From the NCBI GenBank assembly GCA_963836185.1, contig CAWIIQ010000001.1, positions 2,176,001-2,240,000 of the forward strand: DNA of 64,000 nucleotides, written 5' to 3'. The notes under the pieces are model-generated. The model did no database searches. It saw only the letters and a program-made list of their open reading frames with translations, and had not been told where the DNA came from. The stretch comes from Candidatus Krumholzibacteriia bacterium. GTDB lineage: Bacteria > Krumholzibacteriota > Krumholzibacteriia > Krumholzibacteriales > Krumholzibacteriaceae. The translations under genes were made by a program, and so were the position numbers. Shown in pieces: positions 9,264 through 20,545 of the stretch (position 1 is its first letter; each line of letters opens with the position of its first letter).

Positions 9264-10148
9264 TTACTCCCTTTCTGGGAGTTCCATTGTCCGTCTGGCG
9301 GGATGTACGATCCAGGCTGAATGGCCTTCGTCGGACATCAGGGCCCTCACCCTTGACGCCGTTGTATCGTCTTCGTAAAGCGCGAAACACGCCGACCCGC
9401 TTCCGCTCATCGAACTGAGCCGCGCGCCCTCACGCTCCAGGAGAACCAGGATCTGCTCTATTACCGGATACTCTTCAGCAACGACTTCCTGAAAGCTGTT
9501 GCACGTTTCAAGAGCGACATCCGGAAATTCCTTCAATCCCCCCAGCAGACAATTCAGTTTATGACCGCCCCCAGACCTTGTCAATATTAAATTGGGATTT
9601 TGATAAGCCCACCTCGTGGAAACATTTATATCCGGTTTGACAATCAGTATCGTACCGTTTCTCAATCCCTCGATCTTCTCGAGGATCTCACCCCTGCCCC
9701 TCCCCGTCGCCGGTGAACCGAACAGAAAAAACGGGACGTCGGAACCTATCTCGAGCCCCATCTCCATCAGGCGCGAGCGTTCCACTCCCAGGCCGAGCAG
9801 CTCGTTTATACCGGCGAGGACCCCTGCGGCATCCGAACTGCCGCCACCGAGTCCCGCCCCGGCAGGTATCCTTTTTTTCACGTCTATAGAAACGCCGTGC
9901 GATCCGGCAGCTTCGCTGAGCAGAAGCGAGGCCGCCTTCCAGCAGAGATTCGAGTCGTCCCACGCTATATCCCGGTCATCGCCCGTAAGCGAGATGCCGC
10001 CCGGCGTGCGCCCGATGAATATGGTGTCGTGGAGGGTCACAGGCTGAAAAACGGTCTCGATATCATGAAATCCGTCATCCCGCCTGCGGATGACGTCGAG
10101 GTAGAGGTTTATCTTTGCGAAGCATCTGACCGTGATCTGGTCGGTCAC
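9264..10148 (-). CDS. ispE: 4-diphosphocytidyl-2-C-methyl-D-erythritol kinase
   Basis: AKINLYL, KRIPAGAGLGGGSSDAA, GSDVPFF, MSGSGS. GTG start at 10148 overlaps the upstream stop. Confidence 0.94.
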   Translation of the reverse strand: MTDQITVRCFAKINLYLDVIRRRDDGFHDIETVFQPVTLHDTIFIGRTPGGISLTGDDRDIAWDDSNLCWKAASLLLSEAAGSHGVSIDVKKRIPAGAGLGGGSSDAAGVLAGINELLGLGVERSRLMEMGLEIGSDVPFFLFGSPATGRGRGEILEKIEGLRNGTILIVKPDINVSTRWAYQNPNLILTRSGGGHKLNCLLGGLKEFPDVALETCNSFQEVVAEEYPVIEQILVLLEREGARLSSMSGSGSACFALYEDDTTASRVRALMSDEGHSAWIVHPARRTMELPERE

Positions 10149-11218
10149 CTGTAGCTCTCCCAGAGATCGCCCCACTTGGTCTTTCTGAATTTCCTTATCT
10201 TCGAGCGCCCTACAGTCGGATACCAGAAGAAATCGTGGTAGATATTGCTCGCCATCGGCGCCCAGCCGACCAGGGGCGAATGCAGAGCCGGCTTCTCGAG
10301 GAACTGGAGGGGTCCTTTCCTCAACATCTGGTCGCCCCAGATGACGAAACTCTTTTTCACGGAGAACTCGAAGTTCAGTTCTTCGATATCCTCTCCGACT
10401 ATTTCGAGATTCTCGATCCTCGCCTCGCCCAACCCCCTCTCTGTCGACCACCTCAGGTAATCGATCGACATCGGGTCAAATCCCATAATCTTCGCTGCGA
10501 CCGCGTCTATCGCCACCGAATCGGCACTCGCAAGGATCAGGTCACCCTCGTAAGGATCCATCGTCCTCGGGCCGGCGCCGTTGCCGCAGACCGTGCCGTC
10601 CATGACGGCGAATATATTAGGATGAAGTTCACGCTGCATCAGCAGCAGGTCGACGAGGACCTCGTGCATATATTTATGGGCATAGTGCCTGACCTCCTTG
10701 AGCAATCCGCCGAAGGAGTTCTTGATAGCTCCCGTCGTCGTCGAATGGCCATGCGTCTTGACGGTCGGAAGGTGCATCACATCCCTGCCGATATACATCT
10801 TGGGAATCTCGATCCCCTCCGGGAATATCTCGCCGAGCTTGAGCAGCTTGGAGCGAAACTCGTAGACTGTCCATTCGACCTCGGTCAAAGGGGTGAACGG
10901 CAGCCCATACCTGTCGAGGACGGGCATCCAGAGGTTGTTTACCGCGCCCTTTCGAGGATCGGTGACGACGGTCCTGTTTTCTACCGGGATAAGCGAGTCC
11001 TTCGTGTAACCCCTGCCGAGAAGGTCCCTGACAACGCCTTCGAGCTGCCATGGCTGACTCGAGCAGGAGGGGAAGTATTTTGTCCACGAGAGGTTGAGTT
11101 TCAGCAGCAGGTCCCGTTCGGCGGTCAGGATATCTCCGGCGCCGGCCATCTCCATCAGTCTGTGGTAATCCTCTACTACTGTTTCAGGAACCGTCCTTAG
11201 AACCGCTACTTTGCTCAT
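10145..11218 (-). CDS. DUF362 domain-containing protein
   Basis: LLKLNL, LPTVKTH..TTGAIKN..G, DG..G.GP, ASADSVAIDAV..IMG pattern of DUF362. Confidence 0.8.
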   Translation of the reverse strand: MSKVAVLRTVPETVVEDYHRLMEMAGAGDILTAERDLLLKLNLSWTKYFPSCSSQPWQLEGVVRDLLGRGYTKDSLIPVENRTVVTDPRKGAVNNLWMPVLDRYGLPFTPLTEVEWTVYEFRSKLLKLGEIFPEGIEIPKMYIGRDVMHLPTVKTHGHSTTTGAIKNSFGGLLKEVRHYAHKYMHEVLVDLLLMQRELHPNIFAVMDGTVCGNGAGPRTMDPYEGDLILASADSVAIDAVAAKIMGFDPMSIDYLRWSTERGLGEARIENLEIVGEDIEELNFEFSVKKSFVIWGDQMLRKGPLQFLEKPALHSPLVGWAPMASNIYHDFFWYPTVGRSKIRKFRKTKWGDLWESYR

Positions 11219-11266
11219 AATATCATCTTCTCTCCATATTAACTGCCCAGGCGACAGAGGGCCCGA

Positions 11267-12154
11267 TCATCTGACGATTATATATATAACTACCGCGAAC
11301 CAGAGAAAGAGATCGATGATGATCGCTTTTTCAGTGAGCAGGACACCCGACGGATCGCCGCCCTCGTGCCTGCTGTATACGAGATAGAGATACCTCATGA
11401 TCCCGAAGACGACGAAAGGTATCGTGTAGACCAGGTCCCTCGTGCCGAACTTCAGCACTGTCGAGGGCCAGACCGTGTAGATCGAATACGAGATGATCGA
11501 TGCGGTCGCGGAAAGGCTGACGAGCTGGTCGAGCAGCGTCACGGAGTAGTCCCTCAGTGACGTACGGTGATCACCCGCCGATACGAGATGCGTGATCTCG
11601 TTGCGCCTCTTGCAGATCGCCAGAAAGAGGGAGAGAAACAGTGTGCAGATCCAGAGCCAGGGCGAGAACTCGAGGTCAGGAATAACCGGGTGAAGCACCG
11701 CTACTCCCGATGCCGCCCTGATCAGAAAACTGAACGAGATCGCGATAACATCGAGTATGACGACATTGCGGAATATCAGTGAATAGGCGAGGTTGACTGT
11801 TACAAACGCCACGGACAGATAAAAGAACTCGCGTCCCAGGGTCCACGCGACGGGGAGCAGTACCGCAGTCACGAGTATCGCAATACTGGCCGCGAGACGC
11901 GGACTTATCTTCCCCGCAGCTATCGGCCGGGCCGTCTTCTTCGGATGCTCCTTGTCCCTGTCTCTGTCGAAGACGTCATTGAGAATATAGATCGCACCGG
12001 ACAGGCCGCAGAATACGAGAAATCCGTAGAGACTCAGACGGACGAGCTCAGGATCGGTAAATCTCTTGGAGAATACGATGCCGGCGAAAAGAACCAGGTT
12101 CTTGGTCCACTGCTTGGGGCGCATCGAGATTATCAGGTACCAGATCTTGTTCAT
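11267..12154 (-). CDS. UbiA-family polyprenyl-phosphate phosphoribosyltransferase (DPPR synthase-like)
   Basis: MRPKQWTKN, YILNDVFDRDRDKEHPKK..RPIAAG, LFLAICKRRNE, GDPS..L. Confidence 0.87.
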   Translation of the reverse strand: MNKIWYLIISMRPKQWTKNLVLFAGIVFSKRFTDPELVRLSLYGFLVFCGLSGAIYILNDVFDRDRDKEHPKKTARPIAAGKISPRLAASIAILVTAVLLPVAWTLGREFFYLSVAFVTVNLAYSLIFRNVVILDVIAISFSFLIRAASGVAVLHPVIPDLEFSPWLWICTLFLSLFLAICKRRNEITHLVSAGDHRTSLRDYSVTLLDQLVSLSATASIISYSIYTVWPSTVLKFGTRDLVYTIPFVVFGIMRYLYLVYSRHEGGDPSGVLLTEKAIIIDLFLWFAVVIYIIVR

Positions 12155-12174
12155 GTCGGCAAATATACACATCC

Positions 12175-13392
12175 TTACGGCTGCCGGTCAAGAGGCGCGG
12201 TCGACACCCCTGCTCCATTCCCTCTGTACACGGCCGCGCAGAGGCCGACAATGATCAGCATCATCGTCAGTACCTCGGCGTCGCCGAAGTTCCAGTCGAA
12301 CAGCCCGTTGATGATGAAACCTGTCAAGGCTCCGAGGGACCCGGCTGCCAGTGCTCTTTCAGGCGGCGGCAGGTCGAGGCGCAGGTTCCTCCCCACGATA
12401 ATAAACATCGCGGCGAGGAGCCAGACGAAAGCGGCGAGCCCGACCGATCCCAGGGTGACCGCCACCTGGAGGAAGATGTTGTGCATGTGGCCATGCACAT
12501 GGACTGCCTCCGGAGGCATGTTCTCCCTGTATATGTCCCCGAGGTCCACCGGCCCGGTGCCGATCACGGGGTGCTGCCTGAATATGGAGGCCCCGCCCCT
12601 GATCATGTTGATTCTCTGGACATTCGTCCTGTATTGCGGATCCCAGATCGTCCTGATCCTTTCACGGTAGGGCTCCGGCGCGAACAGCACCAGGGCGACG
12701 GCGGCAGCGGCATAGAAAGGGATCCAGCGCCTGCGCACGACCGCAAGTATCGCCATGCCGGAAACGAACATTGCGAGCCATGAGGATCTTGTCTGGGTGA
12801 GCAGAAGTGCCGCGGAGGCCGCGGCAGCCGCGGCGATCGAGAATATCCTCAGTTTTCGAGGTATCCGCGGGGCGACTGACACTCCCGCGTAGAGAGAGAG
12901 CAGCAGCATCATGATCCCGCCGAATGTCATCTCGTTGGAGAATGCTCCCGGTGTCCTGCCCATGCTTCCCCTGCCCATCCCAAGGAAATACAGCATGATA
13001 CCGTAGATGGCCGAACCCGTCCCCGAGACGAGCAGGACGAGGTATATCTTCTCGCGGACCGTCCGATCGACGGCCAGTGAAGCCGCGAGCCAGACCGTTA
13101 CGAACAGCGTGTAGTTCTTCATGTTGCCGATAGCACCGGCCGGATCGCCTGAGAGCAGGGATGATAATATAGAGACAAGTGTGAATGCCGCCAGAGGCAG
13201 AGCGAGCGGCAGCCATCCCGGCCTCATCGAGCGGTCGAGCAGACATAGAACTGTCCAGAGAAGGACCGTGATCACGAGGGATGTCTGGTTGGCGGCAATC
13301 GAGAAGGTCGACGTGAAGATGAAGATCCCGAAGAAGAGAAGGGTCACCTGTCTCAGGCGGACGACGGCCGTGCGGCCGTCAGCCCTTCTCAT
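12175..13392 (-). CDS. O-antigen ligase family protein (WaaL/Wzy_C)
   Basis: Multiple TM segments, LLLTQTRSSW, HPVIGTG, HMHNIFLQ..LG.VG. Confidence 0.85.
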   Translation of the reverse strand: MRRADGRTAVVRLRQVTLLFFGIFIFTSTFSIAANQTSLVITVLLWTVLCLLDRSMRPGWLPLALPLAAFTLVSILSSLLSGDPAGAIGNMKNYTLFVTVWLAASLAVDRTVREKIYLVLLVSGTGSAIYGIMLYFLGMGRGSMGRTPGAFSNEMTFGGIMMLLLSLYAGVSVAPRIPRKLRIFSIAAAAAASAALLLTQTRSSWLAMFVSGMAILAVVRRRWIPFYAAAAVALVLFAPEPYRERIRTIWDPQYRTNVQRINMIRGGASIFRQHPVIGTGPVDLGDIYRENMPPEAVHVHGHMHNIFLQVAVTLGSVGLAAFVWLLAAMFIIVGRNLRLDLPPPERALAAGSLGALTGFIINGLFDWNFGDAEVLTMMLIIVGLCAAVYRGNGAGVSTAPLDRQP

Positions 13393-15876
13393 GTTCCTCC
13401 ACCCCGATACTGTTCGCAAAGTCGAGGAGGATACCTGATACCTTCCCGGATCCGCCTTCGGCCATCGCTCTCGAAATCTCCATGAGAACGCTGGATACAT
13501 CCTCCGGAACAGGAACAGGATCAGCCGGATTGAAACGCACCTTTCCATCGCCGGCCGGCGCCCCCGCTTCCCATACAGTCCCCTCCGCCCCGGAGAGCCG
13601 CCCCGCCGCGTCGGCCAGGCTCGCTGTACCGGCCATACCGTCTGTGCGGATGATCACGAGATCCTCAACCGAGTCCCTGAACAGGTTGCGCAAGAGAGTC
13701 TCACCGAGTAGAGAGGCGCGCCTGATATCATCGCTGCTGTGCGTTCCTCCACGGCTGATCACGACAAGTCTCGAGCCCGCAAGTACAGCAGCCGCCCCCA
13801 GCCTCTCGAGCGGCATGACGACCTTGCGGATGCAGGCGTCGAGCGGATTCGAGAGCTCGCGCGCGGGCATGTCGAAATCTGCGACCATCACGTCGGGGGA
13901 TATCTCCTCGACGAGCCTGATCGTAGCCGGCCGGTCCTCCAGCAGGCCAAGATATACCCCGGCGGGAGACTCGAGGCAGGCGGAGCTCTCCCTTACGACG
14001 AACAGGTCGTCCGTGATCACCGACAGGCTCGCAGCCGTGCCGAATCTCGCGGGAGCCCCTCGTACGATCGGCCCGTTGCCGGCTGCCGCCACCTTCATCC
14101 CGGCAAACGGCCCTTTTCCCGCGGATACGGTGCCGGCCGATTCCGATGGATCGCCGAGGATCCTGACAGGAACGCCGTAGCGCTCGAGCTGGTCGAATCT
14201 TTCCGGCGGGATCCGGCCCGCGTAGGTAGCCGAGATGACCACTTCATCGACTCCGTGATGGGCGGCGATACTCTCGATCTCACCCATGCTGCCGAGGACG
14301 GGTATACCATGTATCCTTCTTCCATGCATCGAGCGCCTGTCGTCGAGCCAGCCGACAGGGTGCAGCCCCTTCGTCTGCTTAACCCGGTGAAGGACCGCCT
14401 CGGCGACATGTCCCGTTTCACCGATGACGACTCTGCGCCCCTCGACCTCCTCGTGAGCGGGGAGCTCGTGGAACCAGCGTGTCACGACCCTCGCCCCCGC
14501 CATGAATACTGTCAGTATGAAGAGGTCGATAAGAAAGACCGAGCGCGGGAAGGACTGAAATCTGAACAGGAATGTGAAAAGGACCACCATGATCGCCGAA
14601 CCGACTGCGACCGCCTTGAATATCCTTACGATATCGTCAAATGTAGTATAACGCCAGACTGCCTTGTACAGGCCGTAGTAATAGAAGACAGCCGTCCTTA
14701 TCACGACCGCTATCGGAAGGCTCACCATCATCGTGCGGGTCTCCGCCTCGGGGAAAGTGAAGTTGAGGCGGATCATATAGCTGAGGATGTAGCTTCCTCC
14801 GATCAGAGCGAGATCGGTCAGGGCGGCTGCGAAGATCCTCCTCGCGCTGCCCGCCTCACCCCCCTTTTCGAGTTTCCTGATCTTGAAGACTGCCCAGAGA
14901 AAGAATCCCGTCCAGATGACCGCCAGGCCCGAGATGAATTCGCTCTCGCCGCTCACAAGGAGAAACGCGCTCCCCCCCAGCAGGGCCGCGATGAAGTATT
15001 CGAGCAGCGTGACCTGCTTGTGTGAAAGGCCGAGATCGGTCAGCCTCTGGTAATAATGCGTCCTGTGTGCTGTAAATATCCTCTTTCTCTGTATCGTCCT
15101 TCTCGCCAGAGTCAGGGCAGCGTCGATGAGCACCCCCCCCATCAGGAGGATCGTTATGAAAGCGGGAACGCCGTGCCGGGCCCCGGCGACTGAGAGAACG
15201 GCGAACATGAATCCGATAAACGTCGATCCGCAATCACCCATGAATATCCTGGCAGGCGGAAAATTATAGCGGAGAAAACCGAAGAGCACGCCGGCAATGG
15301 CGGCATAGACTATCCCCAGGGCCGGATCTCCGACCGCGAACCCGAGCAGTACGAGAAAGACGGCAGCGATCATACCGACGCCGGCCGCCAGCCCGTCGAG
15401 CCCATCGACGAAATTGTAGAAGTTGACGATAGCGGTGATCCAGACGATCGTCACCGGAATCGCCGCCGGTCCGAGTGAAACGGTCCCTACCAGGGGGATC
15501 ATGACTTCATCAAGCACGACGCCGGAGGCTATGACAGCACCCGCCGCAACGAGCTGCGCTGCCAGTTTCAGCCTCGCGTCGAGGCCGCGAAGATCATCCA
15601 GGAGCCCGATCGCAGCTATCATCGCCGCCGCCCCGAGGATCCCGGCCTTCAGTCGACGCCTGGAAGGGGATCGAATCCGGCTATCCTTGCCGTAAGTATC
15701 GTCAGGTAGAAGTCGAGGACGATGGCGACCCCGCCGAGACGCGGTTTGGGCACCTCGTGGGAGCCGCGGTCGGTCGGCATATCGAGCAGGGACCGGCGAA
15801 GCGAATAGCGGAGTATCGCTCCTGTCATCAGGAACGAGATGAGTAATGCTTCCAAAAAGAACAGAAGTTCACGCAT
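13379..15876 (-). CDS. WecA/MraY-family polyprenyl-P HexNAc-1-P transferase fused to a PglF/CapD-like membrane + CoA-binding + degenerate dehydratase region; frameshift near 15650
   Basis: ORF 15649-15876 carries RGSH..P.PRLGG. ORF 13379-15622 carries GLLDD, NFYNFVDGLDGL, FMGDCGS, then GLYKAVWRY, PRSVFLID, LDD..HGRRIHGIPVLG. Confidence 0.75.
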
Positions 15877-16073
15877 GCCGAGCTTCCCGGGCGAAATGCC
15901 GCTTTCCGCAAAGCCTGATAATACTTTATGAGAGGGGGGCGGACAAGCGATTTCGGGCGTTCTCGCGCATCCCGGGCACGGACTCAATTAATAACCTTGC
16001 CGGTGTGCCGGATGCCTATTAATATGCTCCGGGATCAGGATATCTGACACCCTTTCCCCGGATCTGCAGCTTT

Positions 16074-17247
16074 ATGAAGGACAGGATATCAGTCGCGCAT
16101 CTGATAACGGGCACCTCTACCGGAGGCGCCGAGACGATGCTCCATAAGCTCGTCTCGAGGATCGACAGGGAAAGCTTCGACGTCAGCGTGATCTCGCTGA
16201 CGACGGCCGGAGAGATAGGCAGGAGGATGATCGAGGAGGGTGTCCCTTTCCATTCGATCGAAGCATCGAGAAGCGGGCTCGACCCCGCGGCGCTCGCCAG
16301 GCTGATCCGGCTCCTGCGCCGGGCCCGTCCAGATATACTTCAGACGTGGATGTATCACGCCGACCTGGCCGGCGGACTGGCCGCCAGGTTCGCGCGCTCG
16401 ATCCCCGTCGCCTGGAACATCCGCCACAGCGACCTCGATCCCGGCCACATGAAAAAACGTACGATACAGATCGCGAAATTGTGCTCCCGCCTGTCCCGGC
16501 GCCTCCCCGACAGGATCGTCTGCTGCTCGCGAGCCTCATGGAGACACATGCGGCGATTGGATACGACAGGGAGAGGATGGTAGTCATACCGAACGGATTC
16601 GACACATCTCTCTTCGTTCCCGACAGCGGAGCGCGGAGCTCGGTCCGCGAAGAGCTCGGCCTCGACAGGGACACGCCCCTGGTCGGCCTCGTCGCCAGGT
16701 ACCATCCACAGAAGGACCACGCGACATTCATCCAGGCGGCCGGCATCCTGCGCTCCGAGATGCCCTGAGTGCGCTTCGTCCTCTGCGGAGAGGGAGTGTA
16801 CGGCAGAGAACGGCGACCTTGCCGGTATGATCGAAGGGGCCGGGCTGCGATGAATGCGGCCTTTCTCCTCGGACGCCGTTCCGACATCCCGCGGATACAG
16901 GCGTCACTCGATATCGCTTCGTCCTCCGCTTCGAGCGGTGAGGGGTTCCCCAATATCATCGGAGAGGCGATGTCGTGCGGGGTCCCCTGCGTCGTGACCT
17001 CTGTCGGCGATTCGGCCGAGATCGTGGGAGATTGCGGCATCGTGGTCGAGCCCGGGGACCCGGAAGGCACTAGCCGCGGGATGGAAGAAGATACTCACTA
17101 TGAGAAGCGGGGACCGGAGCGCGCTCGCTCGGCAGGTGCCGCGAGAGGATCGAAAAAAAGTTCGAGATAGGCGCCGTGACCGCCCGGTACGAAGTGATGT
17201 ATCTCGGGATGTGCGGGAAACGCGGAAGATCCGGCAGCGGCGCGTGA
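16074..17247 (+). CDS. Glycosyltransferase family 4 (GT-B), split by several frameshifts
   Basis: Fragments give GGAETML, QTWMYHA, IPNGFD, VARYHPQKDH, EGFPNIIGEAMSCGVP. Confidence 0.82.
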
Positions 17248-17259
17248 GGATCCAGTCAA

Positions 17260-18403
17260 TTACGCCCGGTAAGTGAGATCGAGCCTTTCGACCTGAAGCC
17301 GTGTCACGCGGTGTTCGTCGAAGTGATCGAGGACCCTCTGCCTGCCGGCCCTTCCCATCCCTGCTGACATATCGGCGTCCGAGAGGATCTTCAGCATCGC
17401 CTCTCCCAGGGCATAGTGATCACGGGGCGGCACGAGAAGCCCGGTCTCGCCGTCGACGACCTCCTCCCTGCACCCCCTGATATCGGTCGCGGCCACAGGC
17501 AGGCCGCTGGCCATCGCCTCGAGCAGCGAACGAGGCATCCCCTCGCGATAGCTCGGCATCGCGAATAGATCGAGCAGCGAGAGGATCGCAGGGACGTCCT
17601 CCCTGTATCCTGTCATAACAAGCCGTCCAGACAGCCCCTCGCTCTGCACCAGGCCCTCGATCTCCGCGAGGCAGCCGTCGCGGTCGCTCTCGAGAGGGGC
17701 TCCGATCATGATGAACATCGAACCGGGAAGCTCGCGCGAGACTATCCCCGCCGCTTTTACGAACTCGACCGCTCCCTTCTCCCTGACGATCCGCCCGGTG
17801 AACCCCGCGACAGGGGCGCTGTCGATACCTAGCTCTTCCCTCAGAACAGCTGCCGCCGAGGCGTTCGCCTCACGTCCGAAGAGGGAAGGATCGACACCGT
17901 TTCCGATATGTACGAGCTTTTCCACCGGCGCGATCCGGGACTCGACCGCTTCCTCGAGGTCTTCGCCGCTCTGTACGAAGACAGGTCGCATATCGATGCC
18001 CCGAATCGTTCGATCGAGCGCATCACACGGCGCTGCGTTCCGCGCATGTCCTCGTGGAAATAAAACCCGTGGGCGGTATACACGACCCATTTCACACGGG
18101 CCATCCTGGCCGCCACCCGCCGAGCAGCCCCGCGACGGGAGTATGGGTATGTACTATATCGAATCTTTCCCGGAGCATCAGACGGTACAGACGGACAAGC
18201 GAGATTGTATGGGAGAAGATATTGTACGACCTCGAGACAGGGATCCTGAATACGCTGAAGCCCTCCTGCTCCAGGCGATCGAGCCCCCTGCCCGGTGAGC
18301 AGCAGAACGACACCTCATAACCCGAATCACGAAGAGCGAGGCCGAGAGGCCTGAGAAGATGGTATGCAGTAAAATCGACAGCGCAGAGCTGCAGGATCTT
18401 CAT
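17260..18403 (-). CDS. Glycosyltransferase family 4 (CapM-like), split by frameshifts
   Basis: DIVHTHTP, YTAHGF, GRIVREKG, PSYREGMPRSLLEAMASG spread over three ORFs. Confidence 0.82.
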
Positions 18404-18434
18404 TCCGCCCCTCCGCCATGGGACCGGCCGGCTC

Positions 18435-19038
18435 TCACGCCTGGCCGGGAGAAGAAAGAATCTCCTCGACCAGCCCGCAGAGGATATGCCCGAGGGCCAT
18501 ATGGATCTCCTGTATGCGGGCGAAATCGTCATCCGGCACGATGATAGCGAGATCGGCCTGTCCGGCCATAGCTCCGCCGCCTGCACCGGTAAACGCGAGC
18601 GTCTTCATGCCGAGACTCGCCGCCATCGACAGCGCCTCGACGCAGTTGGCCGAGTTGCCGCTCGTCGACAGCGCCAGCAGCACGATCGCCTTCGCTGCCG
18701 AGCGCCTCTATCTGTTTGGAAAAGACATCGTCGTAACCGAAATCATTCGCGATCGCCGTGACGACCGAGCTGTTCGTTGTCAGAGCGAATGCCTTGTATC
18801 CACTGAGTTTCTTTCTGCGGAACCTTCCGACGAGCTCGCCGGCGATATGCTGCGCGTCCGCCGCGCTTCCGCCATTGCCGCATGTGAGGACGACCTTGCC
18901 CGATCTCGATCGCGCGAGACATAAGTCCGCCATCTCGACAAGAATCACGGCCTGCTCGCGAGGAAACGATTCGAGAGCACGCCTGAGGGCATCGATCTCG
19001 CCGAGTACCTGTTCGATATATCCGTCACTCTTTTCCAT
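18435..19038 (-). CDS. gmhA: Phosphoheptose isomerase (SIS domain), frameshift near 18685
   Basis: [25 protein letters not shown]; second [17 protein letters not shown]. Confidence 0.9.
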
Positions 19039-19060
19039 ATTCTCACCCTTATCGCAGAGG

Positions 19061-20545
19061 CTATGACCGTGACAGCGCCACGATCGAGATAACGAGCGTT
19101 CCGACCCCGATGAGCCCTGTAAAGATGTCTGCGAATATCCTCGTCTTGCTCCGCTTGATGATGATGACGTCTCCGCTGTTCGGCCGGTAGGTGCTGTCAG
19201 TACCGATCGAAGTCCCATCTTTCGAAATGACTATGACCCTGTCGATACTGCCCTCGTGCGTGGGGCCTCCCACCGCGCCGACATACTGCGCGACTGTCCA
19301 GTTACTGACGAACATCACTTTCCCCGGCAGCTGGACCTGGCCGCCGACAGCCACGGTCTGTTCGACAGTCGGAATGTGCAGGATGTCTCCATCTATCAGG
19401 GGGATATCCTCTGCTGTGCTCGGCGGCACGAATGACTTGAGGTCGACCGGTATCAGCTCACCCGTCGTCCTCTCGAGCGTCGCGGCGGTAAGGTCGGCAT
19501 TCGGATTATAGATCGCCACGCGGCCGAGGAGGCTCCGGAGCCCCTCCCCCTCGGTGATATAATAATCGCCCGTCTGCTGAGTCGCTCCGAAGACAAAGAC
19601 CCTGCTCGTACCGGTCATCCCGTCTATCACATTCACCTCGTCGCGGTCATCGAGGATCATGTCGAATTCGGAGGACGGGACCTGCATCGTCGTTACCGAA
19701 CCGTCTTCGTGGATCCTCGTGAGCAGGACCCTGTCCCTCAGCGCCTCCGCCCTGAATCCCCCGGCGAGGTCGATCAGGTCGCCGACCGTCTCACCCGGCA
19801 GGATCTCGTAGTTAAGCTGTTTATGTACCGCACCTCTGATCGAGGCGTGCCGCCTGGCGACCGGGACGTGTATCCGGTTACCGTTTGAGAGGAATGGATT
19901 GGTTGAGAAATCACCTTTCAGGACATACCGCAGGATATCCACTTCGAGAGTGTCGGCATCCCTGTACAGAAGGACCCGCCTGTTCGACCCCTCTGATATT
20001 ATGCTGCCCGCGAGCTCGACCGCGTCCGATACACGCTGCACCGCCGAGACATTGACGGCCCCCGGAGTCGAGACCTCGCCGGTCACGAAGACCCTGAACA
20101 CACGCGGTTCCTGCAGGTAACAGAAGATCCGCACGTTCTTGAAGAACCTGTTGACCTCCTCGTCAAGCCTCTTCCTGAACTCGTTGAGGGTCAGACCGTC
20201 CGCCTTTATCGCGCCGACACTTGGAACGAAAACGTCGCCTTCCGGCAGGACCACCATGGCGAAGGTCCTCGACTCTGTCCCGATGACGTTGACAAGAAGC
20301 CTGTCGTACGGTCCGAGGACATACTGGTCGGGGTCGATCGCTTTTTCGAGTTTCGGGATGTCATAACTCGATCTCTGCCGTTCGACGACCTGGCCGTAAC
20401 CTGATTCCTTCTTTTCCAGCTCTACCTGGCTCGTCGGGTCCTGCAGCTGTGTGTCGATGCTCTGTGCCGGAGCGCCTACGGTCGAAAGTGCCACCGCGGC
20501 GCAGACGGCGGCGATCATAACGAGTATACGTTTCATTTTCCTCAC
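19061..20545 (-). CDS. Polysaccharide export protein with SLBB repeats (Wza/KpsD-like)
   Basis: Signal peptide, YVLGPYDRL, repeated V.GEV..PG / LAGG SLBB motifs, C-terminal amphipathic helix. Confidence 0.85.
   Translation of the reverse strand: MRKMKRILVMIAAVCAAVALSTVGAPAQSIDTQLQDPTSQVELEKKESGYGQVVERQRSSYDIPKLEKAIDPDQYVLGPYDRLLVNVIGTESRTFAMVVLPEGDVFVPSVGAIKADGLTLNEFRKRLDEEVNRFFKNVRIFCYLQEPRVFRVFVTGEVSTPGAVNVSAVQRVSDAVELAGSIISEGSNRRVLLYRDADTLEVDILRYVLKGDFSTNPFLSNGNRIHVPVARRHASIRGAVHKQLNYEILPGETVGDLIDLAGGFRAEALRDRVLLTRIHEDGSVTTMQVPSSEFDMILDDRDEVNVIDGMTGTSRVFVFGATQQTGDYYITEGEGLRSLLGRVAIYNPNADLTAATLERTTGELIPVDLKSFVPPSTAEDIPLIDGDILHIPTVEQTVAVGGQVQLPGKVMFVSNWTVAQYVGAVGGPTHEGSIDRVIVISKDGTSIGTDSTYRPNSGDVIIIKRSKTRIFADIFTGLIGVGTLVISIVALSRS

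Noticed and set aside
16766-16771. In-frame TGA in the GT4 gene (EMP*VRF) as selenocysteine or stop-codon recoding
   Set aside because: The position is not a Cys/Trp site. ATGCCCTGAGTG is explained by compensating homopolymer errors (ATG CCT GAG GTG), and TGA is used as a normal stop throughout the window.
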